DNA of 64,000 bases. It comes from a virus (lineage: Duplodnaviria; Caudoviricetes). Positions 38,675 to 46,464 of this stretch are shown here, piece by piece (within the stretch, counting starts at the first letter, position 1; every line of letters starts with the position of its first letter). A program made the position numbers and the translations under genes. The DNA is taken from IMG/VR virus record IMGVR_UViG_2890766748_000002, positions 1 to 64,000 of that record. One strand, given 5' to 3'. The notes under the pieces were generated by a model. It had not been told where the DNA came from, made no database searches, and saw only the letters and a program-made list of their open reading frames with translations.

Positions 38675-38733
38675 ATGAAATGAAAGATTGATTTACAGCT
38701 TAATTATATGGAACACTATGATTAAGTGTTGTT

Positions 38734-40002
38734 TTAAGCTACATCCTGATTTTCATCCTGCTTCCTGAACAGCTTATCAAATACATTGATTTTCTCCTTC
38801 TTCCGTTTCTCGCTTATGTGGACATATTTCATAGTTGTTTCCAACTTTGAATGACCCATATAATCCTTCAGGGTAACCACATCGCCCCCTAGTTCGATGA
38901 AAACCGTTCCGAAGGTGTGCCGGGCCGTGTGGGTTGTCATTTTGAAATCAATGCCAACGTGTTTTCCGATTGTGTCTAACAGCCGGTTGGTGTGTTGTTC
39001 GCTGAACGTATCAAATAACCGTCCCAGCGATGTGGTCACCAGCTTTCGAGCTGCCGGGTGGATCGGAACACGGACTACTTTATGATAACGATTGCGGTTT
39101 TTAACCGGAATAATAATGAGCCAGTCGCCCTTAATATTTTCATGATTGACGGTCTTAGCGTCGCTAATCCGAAGCCCTGTAAAACAGCTAAATAAAAAGT
39201 GTCGTAAAACCTTCCGCCAGGCGTCGGCCGTATTGCTGGCTTCAAATAGGGTCAATAAGCTCATGAGTTGTTCCTCTGTCAACGCATTGGGGAATGTCTC
39301 TGGTTTGAGAACTTTGACGGATTTGAACGGGTCATCGAATACGTTTTTATCTTCCAGGGCGATTCGAACGTAAGTCCGGATGTCCTTCATGCCCTTTTCA
39401 ACCGTCGATGGTGCATTGCCCAGGGCGGATCGTAAATACGCCCGGAAGTTTTCGAGCAGCTTAGGGGTAAGGTTGTTGAACGGCAGGGGCGGGGTTTGGC
39501 CGTCGATGGTGTCAGGATTTTTTTTGCGGCCGGATTTCGCATTGACTTCTCGGGTCCAAAACGCTTTTAATTTGTTTAGGGAAGCAAGGTGGCCGTCACG
39601 CGTTTGCTTTTCAATCTTTCTCCGTTTGAACCGTTCCTTTGCTTCAGTTTCCCAGAAGGACAGAAAATCCTTTCGGGATGTGAAAGTTCTATAATCCCGG
39701 ATCAATAATTCCATCGTAAGCGTCTTGCCAGATAGCCGATAGGATTTGAAAATCTCATTGACCTTCCCCATTTCCGTGTCAATCATCAAGGTATAGTCCG
39801 TGTAATCCTGATCATTTTTCGAACGGGGCAAGAGCTTCCCGGCAGCTTTGTCAAAATGTGTGGCTGGCCAATTCAACTTGAGTGGAATCCGGTCTTTGGC
39901 TCCATCAATTGACACATAAATGTAGAGAGCAGACGTACCGTCCGCTTTTTGATAATCATCCTTGATTATCAGCTTCTTAAAGAAATTTTGAACATTTCCC
40001 AT
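38734..40002 (-). CDS. int: Tyrosine integrase (arm-binding, SAM-like and catalytic domains)
   Basis: FTGLRISD, HTARHTF, MGHS, TMKY; start moved to ATG 40002. Confidence 0.95.
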   Translation of the reverse strand: MGNVQNFFKKLIIKDDYQKADGTSALYIYVSIDGAKDRIPLKLNWPATHFDKAAGKLLPRSKNDQDYTDYTLMIDTEMGKVNEIFKSYRLSGKTLTMELLIRDYRTFTSRKDFLSFWETEAKERFKRRKIEKQTRDGHLASLNKLKAFWTREVNAKSGRKKNPDTIDGQTPPLPFNNLTPKLLENFRAYLRSALGNAPSTVEKGMKDIRTYVRIALEDKNVFDDPFKSVKVLKPETFPNALTEEQLMSLLTLFEASNTADAWRKVLRHFLFSCFTGLRISDAKTVNHENIKGDWLIIIPVKNRNRYHKVVRVPIHPAARKLVTTSLGRLFDTFSEQHTNRLLDTIGKHVGIDFKMTTHTARHTFGTVFIELGGDVVTLKDYMGHSKLETTMKYVHISEKRKKEKINVFDKLFRKQDENQDVA

Positions 40003-40071
40003 TAGGAACAGGCTAGGAACAGGAAGGTAAAAAACCGGGGTGTTTCCAGAATTAGGAATTGTATTAGGAAC
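40003..40071. repeat. TAGGAA direct repeats, putative integrase arm-type sites
   Basis: Four TAGGAA(C/T) copies in two pairs between int and att. Confidence 0.55.
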
Positions 40072-40112
40072 CGAAAAAGTGCCATTACAGCGTATGTAGG
40101 CACTTTTTCGGT
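40070..40112. terminator. 14-bp inverted repeat next to the att core
   Basis: ACCGAAAAAGTGCC...GGCACTTTTTCGGT. Confidence 0.7.
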
Positions 40113-40118
40113 ATGTTC

Positions 40119-40139
40119 GTGGTCCCACCGGAAGTTGAC
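40119..40139 (-). other. Putative att junction resembling a tRNA 3' end
   Basis: Minus strand ...TCCGGTGGGACCAC; no tRNA 5' half adjacent. Confidence 0.6.
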
Positions 40140-40284
40140 CCCCTTCCATTTTTTGCCTTTCTATCGGTCAGCATCCGCCTTGATAGAAGTCAAACCCGTC
40201 AGCGTTGATCCGGGGCTATTTTTAGTAATGAAGAAAGGGGAGTTGAACCTATTGAGCCGGATGAAGGCCGAAGGATGGGTATAA

Positions 40285-40327
40285 AATTTGACCCCAACAG
40301 GTGGAGGTTTACCGTTGGGGTCAAATT
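40285..40327. terminator. 14-bp inverted repeat downstream of the methyltransferase
   Basis: AATTTGACCCCAAC...GTTGGGGTCAAATT. Confidence 0.6.
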
Positions 40328-40330
40328 AAT

Positions 40331-41128
40331 TCAGTAATTCCAGGTCAGACACTCGACCTTTTTCCGGTTCGCTTTCCGACGGCCGTCAACCGCCAGCGTT
40401 TTTTCAATGTCTTCTGATTGCCAGCCGAGCCGGTTGCGGTAGTCCATCAAAACCGGTTCCGGATACGAGCTGAGCAGGAATTTCCCCTGAAGCTTTGAAC
40501 AGGCTTCGAGCAACCTCGTGAAGTCTTCCAGCGTGTAACCGGCATAGTGTCCCTGATCGGCGCTGACGTACGGCGGATCCAGGTAGAAAAACGCATCGGG
40601 AGAATCATACGCCTTCATCACCTTCAAAACATCGTACGATTCGATCGCTACTTTTCGGAGCCGTTCCTGATACGCATCGGTCAGCAGCTTCTTTTTGTTG
40701 GCGATCTTCAGCGCGCATTTCCCAAACCGGTCGTAGCCGAATCCTCCACCGATTGTTGAGGAAAAGCTCATGTTGGTTTGCACCCAGACGGCCCAGGCCA
40801 TCTGGAGCACATCGCGGATTTCCTGTTCACCTGATTCGTATTCCTCATCGGACTGTTTGTGCTGGGCCCGGCTGTGGAAGGTTTCGTCGATGAGGTCCTG
40901 CAATTCGTCCAGATCGTATTTCAGGACTTTGTAAAAGGTAATCAGCCGGTTGTTGATGTCATTGACAACCTCGGCACTGCTGGGAGGCTTTGCCCAGAAT
41001 ACAGCACCACCGCCGAAGAACGGCTCGATGTAAGTGGCATGATTCGGGATTTTGGGAAGGATGTGACGCAGCATGAGCTGCTTACCACCATAATAGGTGA
41101 TAGGGGTTTTCAATTGTACGGTGGTCAT
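40331..41128 (-). CDS. D12-class N6-adenine DNA methyltransferase (Dam-like, orphan)
   Basis: YYGGK, EPFFGGGAV, NDIN, YLDPPY. Confidence 0.95.
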   Translation of the reverse strand: MTTVQLKTPITYYGGKQLMLRHILPKIPNHATYIEPFFGGGAVFWAKPPSSAEVVNDINNRLITFYKVLKYDLDELQDLIDETFHSRAQHKQSDEEYESGEQEIRDVLQMAWAVWVQTNMSFSSTIGGGFGYDRFGKCALKIANKKKLLTDAYQERLRKVAIESYDVLKVMKAYDSPDAFFYLDPPYVSADQGHYAGYTLEDFTRLLEACSKLQGKFLLSSYPEPVLMDYRNRLGWQSEDIEKTLAVDGRRKANRKKVECLTWNY

Positions 41129-41242
41129 AACGTTGAGTTTTGACCAAAAGAACAAAATCGTATAATACAAATCAAATATAGATAGATAATGGACTTGTAT
41201 TATATGTAAACGGTTAGCATTCCATTGACCGTACGGAAAAAC

Positions 41243-41356
41243 CTAGGGCTGCAATAGAATAATCAGGAAGAGGAAAGCGGCTGTGCCCAGCAGCATGATG
41301 AGAAAGACATGAAACCCCGTCGGGAGTTTGCTCAGGATCCGGTTGACCGTTTTCAT
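41243..41356 (-). CDS. Small hydrophobic peptide (37 aa)
   Basis: MKTVNRILSKLPTGFHVFLIMLLGTAAFLFLIILLQP. Confidence 0.5.
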   Translation of the reverse strand: MKTVNRILSKLPTGFHVFLIMLLGTAAFLFLIILLQP

Positions 41357-41363
41357 AAACAGA

Positions 41364-41393
41364 GAAAAGCCACGGCTTACCTCGTGGCTTTTC
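41364..41393. terminator. Hairpin/terminator
   Basis: GAAAAGCCACG...CGTGGCTTTTC. Confidence 0.7.
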
Positions 41394-41427
41394 AAATATA
41401 GCAAAAAAGTTGCGGGGGCGGAATCGA

Positions 41428-41562
41428 TCAGATTACCGTGAAGCCGAATAGTCGTAGGCAAACCGAATACCCTAGTATAATCCGGCCGACATAACCATTG
41501 CGCCGACTGAAGAGGCATTTGTTTTTCCGCTTTATTGACATCCAAAACGGCTTTTTTTTCAT
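41428..41562 (-). CDS. Small basic protein (44 aa)
   Basis: Hand-translated MKKKPFWMSIKRK...; preceded by the linker motif. Confidence 0.45.
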   Translation of the reverse strand: MKKKPFWMSIKRKNKCLFSRRNGYVGRIILGYSVCLRLFGFTVI

Positions 41563-41573
41563 AATGGGACGGT

Positions 41574-41741
41574 TTATTTACTAGATGGTGTTTTAGCCTC
41601 TTCCTCCAACATATCCTTCAAGTCCTTCAATTCAGTTAAGACCGCACGGGCGGCTTCTAATTGTGTTGACAAGTCATCGATTCTGTTTTGGTAGTGAGAA
41701 ACCTTATTTCTCACGCGCTGTAATGCTGTTTCTTTGCTCAT
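41574..41741 (-). CDS. Small coiled-coil protein (55 aa)
   Basis: Hand-translated MSKETALQRVRNKV... Confidence 0.6.
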   Translation of the reverse strand: MSKETALQRVRNKVSHYQNRIDDLSTQLEAARAVLTELKDLKDMLEEEAKTPSSK

Positions 41742-41757
41742 TTTTTTCGGACGTTTG

Positions 41758-41934
41758 TTAGCTTTCTATAAATTCATTCCAAAAGGATTGTGCAGCTTTT
41801 TTCGGGTCGTCGGGAAAATCTTCGTAATTGAAGATGCAAACGGCATCATCCTCCGCTTTTAAGTCATTAGATCCTAATTTTTGCAGGGCTTGGTTAAACT
41901 GCTGAACCCATTCTGAATATTCTTCATTTTCCAT
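41758..41934 (-). CDS. Small acidic protein (58 aa)
   Basis: Hand-translated MENEEYSEWVQQF... Confidence 0.6.
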   Translation of the reverse strand: MENEEYSEWVQQFNQALQKLGSNDLKAEDDAVCIFNYEDFPDDPKKAAQSFWNEFIES

Positions 41935-41948
41935 ATCGGACGGTTTAA

Positions 41949-42191
41949 TTAATTGTCTCTTACTCCCGAATTTTCGATAATTTCTTTAGCCGCTTTCAGG
42001 ATCATCAATTTGCCCTGATGGGTGAGATCGAAACAGGACACATCGACATCGAAGCCACCACCAGAACCGGTACCGGTAATTACGATTACAAAGTTTGCGT
42101 CGGTCATTTTGCCGATTGCATTTGAGATGAATTGACCTTTGTCAGTTTCACCCGGGCCAGAGCCTCTTTCAGTTGCGAGATAGTTTCCCAT
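41949..42191 (-). CDS. Hypothetical protein
   Basis: ORF in the leftward operon. Confidence 0.65.
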   Translation of the reverse strand: MGNYLATERGSGPGETDKGQFISNAIGKMTDANFVIVITGTGSGGGFDVDVSCFDLTHQGKLMILKAAKEIIENSGVRDN

Positions 42192-42215
42192 TTTTATTCG
42201 GACGTTTGTTAGAAT

Positions 42216-42593
42216 TTAAAACCAAACAGCGAACCTTACCCAGCGTTCAGGTTTAACTTGTATGCTGACGTAGGCATACTTCCCGTCTTCGCACTCCCTT
42301 TGTTCAATCCAGACCGCTGGTATAAGCGGAAATCGGCGTTCAGCAACAGGGATGCCGGTGGGGGTTCTAACGATTCTCATGTACGCATTCTCGCACTTAA
42401 CAGCCTTTTTGTAGGCAGTCAACTGGCTGACAAATTCGGAACCACGTATTTTGCGCAAAATTTCCAACAAACGCTTATTACTACGCATGGTTCTGGCGGC
42501 TTGCTCTTGGGCGTAAGCCTTCCATCCTTTGTCAAATTCTTTTTCAACCGTGGCGTAAAATGCCCTTACCGCCGAAGCTCTCGTATGTATCAT
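42216..42593 (-). CDS. Hypothetical protein
   Basis: ORF in the leftward operon. Confidence 0.65.
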   Translation of the reverse strand: MIHTRASAVRAFYATVEKEFDKGWKAYAQEQAARTMRSNKRLLEILRKIRGSEFVSQLTAYKKAVKCENAYMRIVRTPTGIPVAERRFPLIPAVWIEQRECEDGKYAYVSIQVKPERWVRFAVWF

Positions 42594-42715
42594 ATCTGGG
42601 GTTAAAAAATGTGACTTTTTGCAACAGCCTGTATTTCAATAGAGAAAAACAACTCGGTCAATTATTCAAAGTGCGGAAAACGTTGGTTGATTGACCGGGA
42701 TTAATTGACTGTCCT

Positions 42716-43309
42716 TCACAGGTAATCTTTCACCGAAATTGCGAACTGGATGAGGTTGCGAACCGAACTAAGATTCAGCTTTGCCGCCATGTTGGTTTTG
42801 TGATTTATGAAGGTTCGGTAACTCATATTCAACTGGCCAGCGACTTCATAGCCCGGCAACCCCGTCGAAACCAGCTTTAAAACCTCGCGTTCCCGGGTGC
42901 TCAGTCCGGCGATGGCGCCAACTATCCTTTCGTCCGGCACCGGCGTTCCCGATCGGCGCAGGCCTTCCAGAACCGTTGGACTCAGGTGTTTTTGTCCAGC
43001 CAGCACCGATCGGACACCTTCGTATAATCCCTGCAAGCCATCGTCGCTCATGACAAATCCCCAGTAGTTTGCCTTTAACCCGTCTGCGATGAGGGTCGAA
43101 TCAAACGAGCTGAGCAGCAATACGAACCGAACTTTGGGAAATGCCTGGGCATTTATCACCTCGTCAGTAAGCACCAGATCCGGCTTTCGGACGCTGATCG
43201 AATCAAGGCTGTTTGATATACCTAGCGAACCAAAACCGTCCACGCGCAGGGTTTTTTCAAGCGTGTCGGCCTTAAGGCGGTCGGTGGTATGGATGAGGAT
43301 GGTTTTCAC
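42716..43309 (-). CDS. NarL/LuxR-family regulator with a degenerate receiver domain
   Basis: LSTREREVLKLV...A.QLNMS.RT..NHKTNM..KL; GTG 43309 overlaps the upstream stop. Confidence 0.85.
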   Translation of the reverse strand: MKTILIHTTDRLKADTLEKTLRVDGFGSLGISNSLDSISVRKPDLVLTDEVINAQAFPKVRFVLLLSSFDSTLIADGLKANYWGFVMSDDGLQGLYEGVRSVLAGQKHLSPTVLEGLRRSGTPVPDERIVGAIAGLSTREREVLKLVSTGLPGYEVAGQLNMSYRTFINHKTNMAAKLNLSSVRNLIQFAISVKDYL

Positions 43310-43995
43310 GGCTTCTTGTCGATCCGGGAGAAAGACACAACCCATACGAATGGATTAGATTCCCAGGACTCGGAACCGTTGATTTTTGCCCATATCCATT
43401 GAAAACTTTCCTGGGCGTTCATATTATCCCATTCGTGGGGCTGACCGTCAAAACCTAGCCGTTTTCCAGACTCGCCATAGTTTCCGCCCACACCTTCGGC
43501 GTATACATCCTCGGTGCTGATCATTTGAAGCCGCTCCGCCCGAACGTCGGTAATTTGCAGGAAAATACGGGCCGCTGCTTTGGGCATGTGGATGGACGGC
43601 CGCCACTGATACGGCCAGCCAGCTTTGATATAATCCTGACGCGCATCCTCACCGGCAGATCCACAATCTGCTTTGTAAGCATACTGCTGGTCTTTCGTCG
43701 CATGATGATCAACGAATTTACACCAAGTCTCCCTGACCCAGAGAATATCCCCAACCTGACCATATCGGCATGCAGGACCTGCCAGACCTTTCAATGGCCC
43801 AGAGCTGAATAAGTTTGTATAGCCGTCTTTTGAGGCTTGTTTTAAAAATACAGCAGCCTGGTCAATTGGCATTGGCAGGGGCATATCCAGCGCTTTGGGC
43901 TGTGGATTGATGATTCGCCGGGTTTGCGTTTTCTGGTTATCAAGGATCGCTTGAACCATCGGCGTAGAAAATAAGATTGGACGTTCGATTGTCAT
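43306..43995 (-). CDS. Phage protein of the 'PILFSTPMVQAIL...GDILWVRETW...WRPSIHMP' (ASCH/PUA-like) family
   Basis: Characteristic motifs including RLQMISTED and NPFVWVVSF. Confidence 0.85.
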   Translation of the reverse strand: MTIERPILFSTPMVQAILDNQKTQTRRIINPQPKALDMPLPMPIDQAAVFLKQASKDGYTNLFSSGPLKGLAGPACRYGQVGDILWVRETWCKFVDHHATKDQQYAYKADCGSAGEDARQDYIKAGWPYQWRPSIHMPKAAARIFLQITDVRAERLQMISTEDVYAEGVGGNYGESGKRLGFDGQPHEWDNMNAQESFQWIWAKINGSESWESNPFVWVVSFSRIDKKP

Positions 43996-44009
43996 GATTG
44001 AGGAGGTGA

Positions 44010-44201
44010 TTAAAGAGGGGTTGCGTTTTTTCTGTGACAATCCGGACAATAATGTTTATCCACAGACTTGACCCATCCTTCATCTTCGGCGCATTCCTCT
44101 GCGACGGCTATATCTGTGAATATTGAAAAGTCCCGGCTATCGGTATATACATCTTCGCAACCGTCGCAGGTCAACATGGCGGAATCTACTTTGGTGATCA
44201 T
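44010..44201 (-). CDS. Small Zn-finger protein
   Basis: CDGC...HYCPDC. Confidence 0.7.
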   Translation of the reverse strand: MITKVDSAMLTCDGCEDVYTDSRDFSIFTDIAVAEECAEDEGWVKSVDKHYCPDCHRKNATPL

Positions 44202-44263
44202 TTTGCGTTTGTTTAAAAAGTGGAGTTGAAAGAAACCGGCTACCCATTCGGCAGCCGGTCAGT

Positions 44264-44312
44264 GGACAGAGAAAAGTACAGGCAGGACAGAGAATTCAGG
44301 AGGGACAGAGAA
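44264..44312. repeat. Three exact GGACAGAGAA direct repeats next to a terminator-like hairpin
   Basis: Copies at 44264, 44285 and 44303. Confidence 0.85.
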
Positions 44313-44316
44313 CGTA

Positions 44317-45057
44317 TTAAAAAGGAAGGCCGTCGTTCGGATCTTCATCCAGAACCGTTACTGTTTCTCGAACAGCAGGCACCTCATCCACAACCGGTGA
44401 GCCTTCAATCAGCGTGTGGGTACCGGATGAGGTTGAGTTGAGGAGCGGATTGTAAAAGTTGAAGCTGGTTTTGACCTGGGCAACATCAGTCACCGTTTCC
44501 TGACGGTAGATGTTGTAGGTTTTTGCGTACCGCTGAAGTTGCTGAGTCTTTTTCGTATCCGCCAGTTTATACGTGAATTTGGCGATGTAATAAACACCCT
44601 TCGGTGTTATCCGGGTGTTTTCCCTTCGCTCAGCCGTCACCGTCACCACAATATCCGAAAGCAGCAGGTCGTCGTAAAACAGCGGCTCAATCAGCCGGTA
44701 GATGTTATCGACAGAAAAACCATGAAACAGGATCGACGAAACGCAGGCCTGTTTGTCGATGAAAAACAGTTCCGCCCAGTTCTTATGCCCCATGTTGAGG
44801 ATGTCGTCGTAAAAGATGCGCCACGCCATAGGCTGAAAAGTCAGCTCCGTCATTTTCGACTGAACGATGGCGCTTTCAACATCGAAGGTGCCCTCTTTGG
44901 CATCGAACCGGTACGTGCGCGGGTGGCCGTCAAGATGTTTGACAATGGAAACCACCTGATCACCGACGCGCTTTTCCCACCACTCCAGTTTAGCTGTTTC
45001 TTGCTGAGGATTCATATAAATACGATTTAGAAGTTGCTTAAGCGATTGAGCTTTCAA
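44317..45057 (-). CDS. SSB-like/recombination protein
   Basis: Acidic tail ending DGLPF. Confidence 0.55.
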   Translation of the reverse strand: MKAQSLKQLLNRIYMNPQQETAKLEWWEKRVGDQVVSIVKHLDGHPRTYRFDAKEGTFDVESAIVQSKMTELTFQPMAWRIFYDDILNMGHKNWAELFFIDKQACVSSILFHGFSVDNIYRLIEPLFYDDLLLSDIVVTVTAERRENTRITPKGVYYIAKFTYKLADTKKTQQLQRYAKTYNIYRQETVTDVAQVKTSFNFYNPLLNSTSSGTHTLIEGSPVVDEVPAVRETVTVLDEDPNDGLPF

Positions 45058-45319
45058 ACCCGACGATCATTTTTTCGAGCATGTCCACTTGTTCCCAAGA
45101 TTGAGGGTTGAGAAAGAAGATGGAGCCCGTGCCATCGAAAAGCGCAAACTCCGGAGCGTTCCGCACGTAGGTAAGTCCGATGCAGGGTAAAACATCGACG
45201 GCGTTGACATCGCAATTGCCGACCGTTCTGACCCATTCGGCATCGACGCCACCTGGAATCTGTACAAAACCATTCTGCATCAATTCAATTTCTGTTACTG
45301 TACTTGCAAAGTTTTTCAT
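45038..45319 (-). CDS. Hypothetical protein
   Basis: ORF in operon. Confidence 0.6.
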   Translation of the reverse strand: MKNFASTVTEIELMQNGFVQIPGGVDAEWVRTVGNCDVNAVDVLPCIGLTYVRNAPEFALFDGTGSIFFLNPQSWEQVDMLEKMIVGFESSIA

Positions 45320-45347
45320 GATCGTATCAGGTGTTGAGGTTGAATAA

Positions 45348-45488
45348 TTAGATTTTAAAAAGCTTCGTCGGGTGCCACCAGCTCAGATTGGATTGGTAAG
45401 TGTAAATCCGGTCGCCGATCACTTTGCTGACCTCCTCGATGGTTCCGTACACCGTTTTGACCTTGTTGCCTTTCCGAAAAGTTTTCAT
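45348..45488 (-). CDS. Small hypothetical protein (46 aa)
   Basis: Hand-translated MKTFRKGNKVKTVYG... Confidence 0.55.
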   Translation of the reverse strand: MKTFRKGNKVKTVYGTIEEVSKVIGDRIYTYQSNLSWWHPTKLFKI

Positions 45489-45553
45489 ATCCGTTTCTGA
45501 TTTGATGATTCAAATATCTAATTAATTTGAACAACATGCAAGTTAAATGCAAG

Positions 45554-45572
45554 ATATTTGCAAATATATTTG
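45554..45572. promoter_or_regulatory. Divergent control region: palindrome ATATTTGCAAATAT overlapping a TATATTTG -7 box
   Basis: Exact Bacteroidetes -7 consensus TAnnTTTG at 45565-45572. Confidence 0.5.
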
Positions 45573-45666
45573 ACATTATTGCATATTTCATGACGTAATG
45601 GTAATATTGAGTACAAATACTGACGGCTTACCGGCTGCTCAGGACTCACCGTAATATCACAAACCT

Positions 45667-46464
45667 GTGCCTGCTGAAGGGAATAGTCCCTCTTTGTCTT
45701 CCGAAGAGGCTTTATCCAAACTCAATCCGAGACAGCGAAAGTTTGTCATCGCTTACTGCCATTGCTTTAATGCTACTGAAGCGGCCCGCATTTCGGGTTA
45801 TTCGGAAAAGACTGCCTATTCCATTGGTTCTGAAAACCTGAGAAAACCTGAGATTAAGAAAGCAATCGAAGCTCTGTGTGAGGAACTTAGCATGAGTGCC
45901 GGCGAGGCCTTCAAACAACTCACCGACATTGCCAAAACCCGGCTTCAGGATTACATGGTGATTCGACAGGTGGAGCGGGTACCCCGGGTCAAAAAGCCGT
46001 TGCAGGTTTTGATCGATGAGGTGCAGGCGACTATCGATCTGGAAGAGGAATATGTTCAGGTTGCCGAACTGGACAAAGACGAACAGGACCGGCATGAAGC
46101 GTCCCAGAAAGACCGCAGAAATACCATCATCCGCTACCAGCTGGAATTGGCCCGAAACCCGGATGCCTTCCGGATTGTCGCTGGCGAACCGCAGCTGGTC
46201 GATGAGGCAAGGGTCGATCTGGTGGCCTTGCAGAAAGCCAAAGGAGAGGGTAGAATCAAATCGTTGTCGTTTACCGAGTTTGGTCCCAAGGTTGAGCTGG
46301 AGTCCAGCTTCTCGGCAATTGACAAGATTTTGCACATCCACGGTCGCTACGTTACCAAGATGGTTCTCGACCCGGGGAAAGGCGCTGACCTGAAAGCCTG
46401 GACGAAAGACGACGTCGGTCAGTTCCTGGCCATGCTGCAGGAGGGGCGAACCGGTGACCATTAA
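45667..46464 (+). CDS. terS: Terminase small subunit
   Basis: RQRKFV...NATEAARISGYSEKTAYSIGSENLRKPEI. Confidence 0.92.
   Translation: MPAEGNSPSLSSEEALSKLNPRQRKFVIAYCHCFNATEAARISGYSEKTAYSIGSENLRKPEIKKAIEALCEELSMSAGEAFKQLTDIAKTRLQDYMVIRQVERVPRVKKPLQVLIDEVQATIDLEEEYVQVAELDKDEQDRHEASQKDRRNTIIRYQLELARNPDAFRIVAGEPQLVDEARVDLVALQKAKGEGRIKSLSFTEFGPKVELESSFSAIDKILHIHGRYVTKMVLDPGKGADLKAWTKDDVGQFLAMLQEGRTGDH

Larger units (their letters stand above)
1..40131. mobile_element. Prophage 1 (siphovirus-like; left end outside window)
   Basis: Replication, head, packaging, lysis and tail genes on + strand, ending in a convergent tyrosine integrase and an att-like tRNA 3' fragment. Confidence 0.9.

Noticed and set aside
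40003-40149. N-terminal 49 aa of the integrase ORF call
   Set aside because: Runs across the att-like site, hairpin and arm repeats; ATG 40002 is the more plausible start.
40119-40200. tRNA gene
   Set aside because: Only a 3' acceptor/T-arm-like fragment is present; no complementary 5' strand or cloverleaf.
40331-41128. Restriction-modification system
   Set aside because: No adjacent endonuclease; orphan Dam-like methylases are common in phages, and the 35600 nuclease lies across the att junction.
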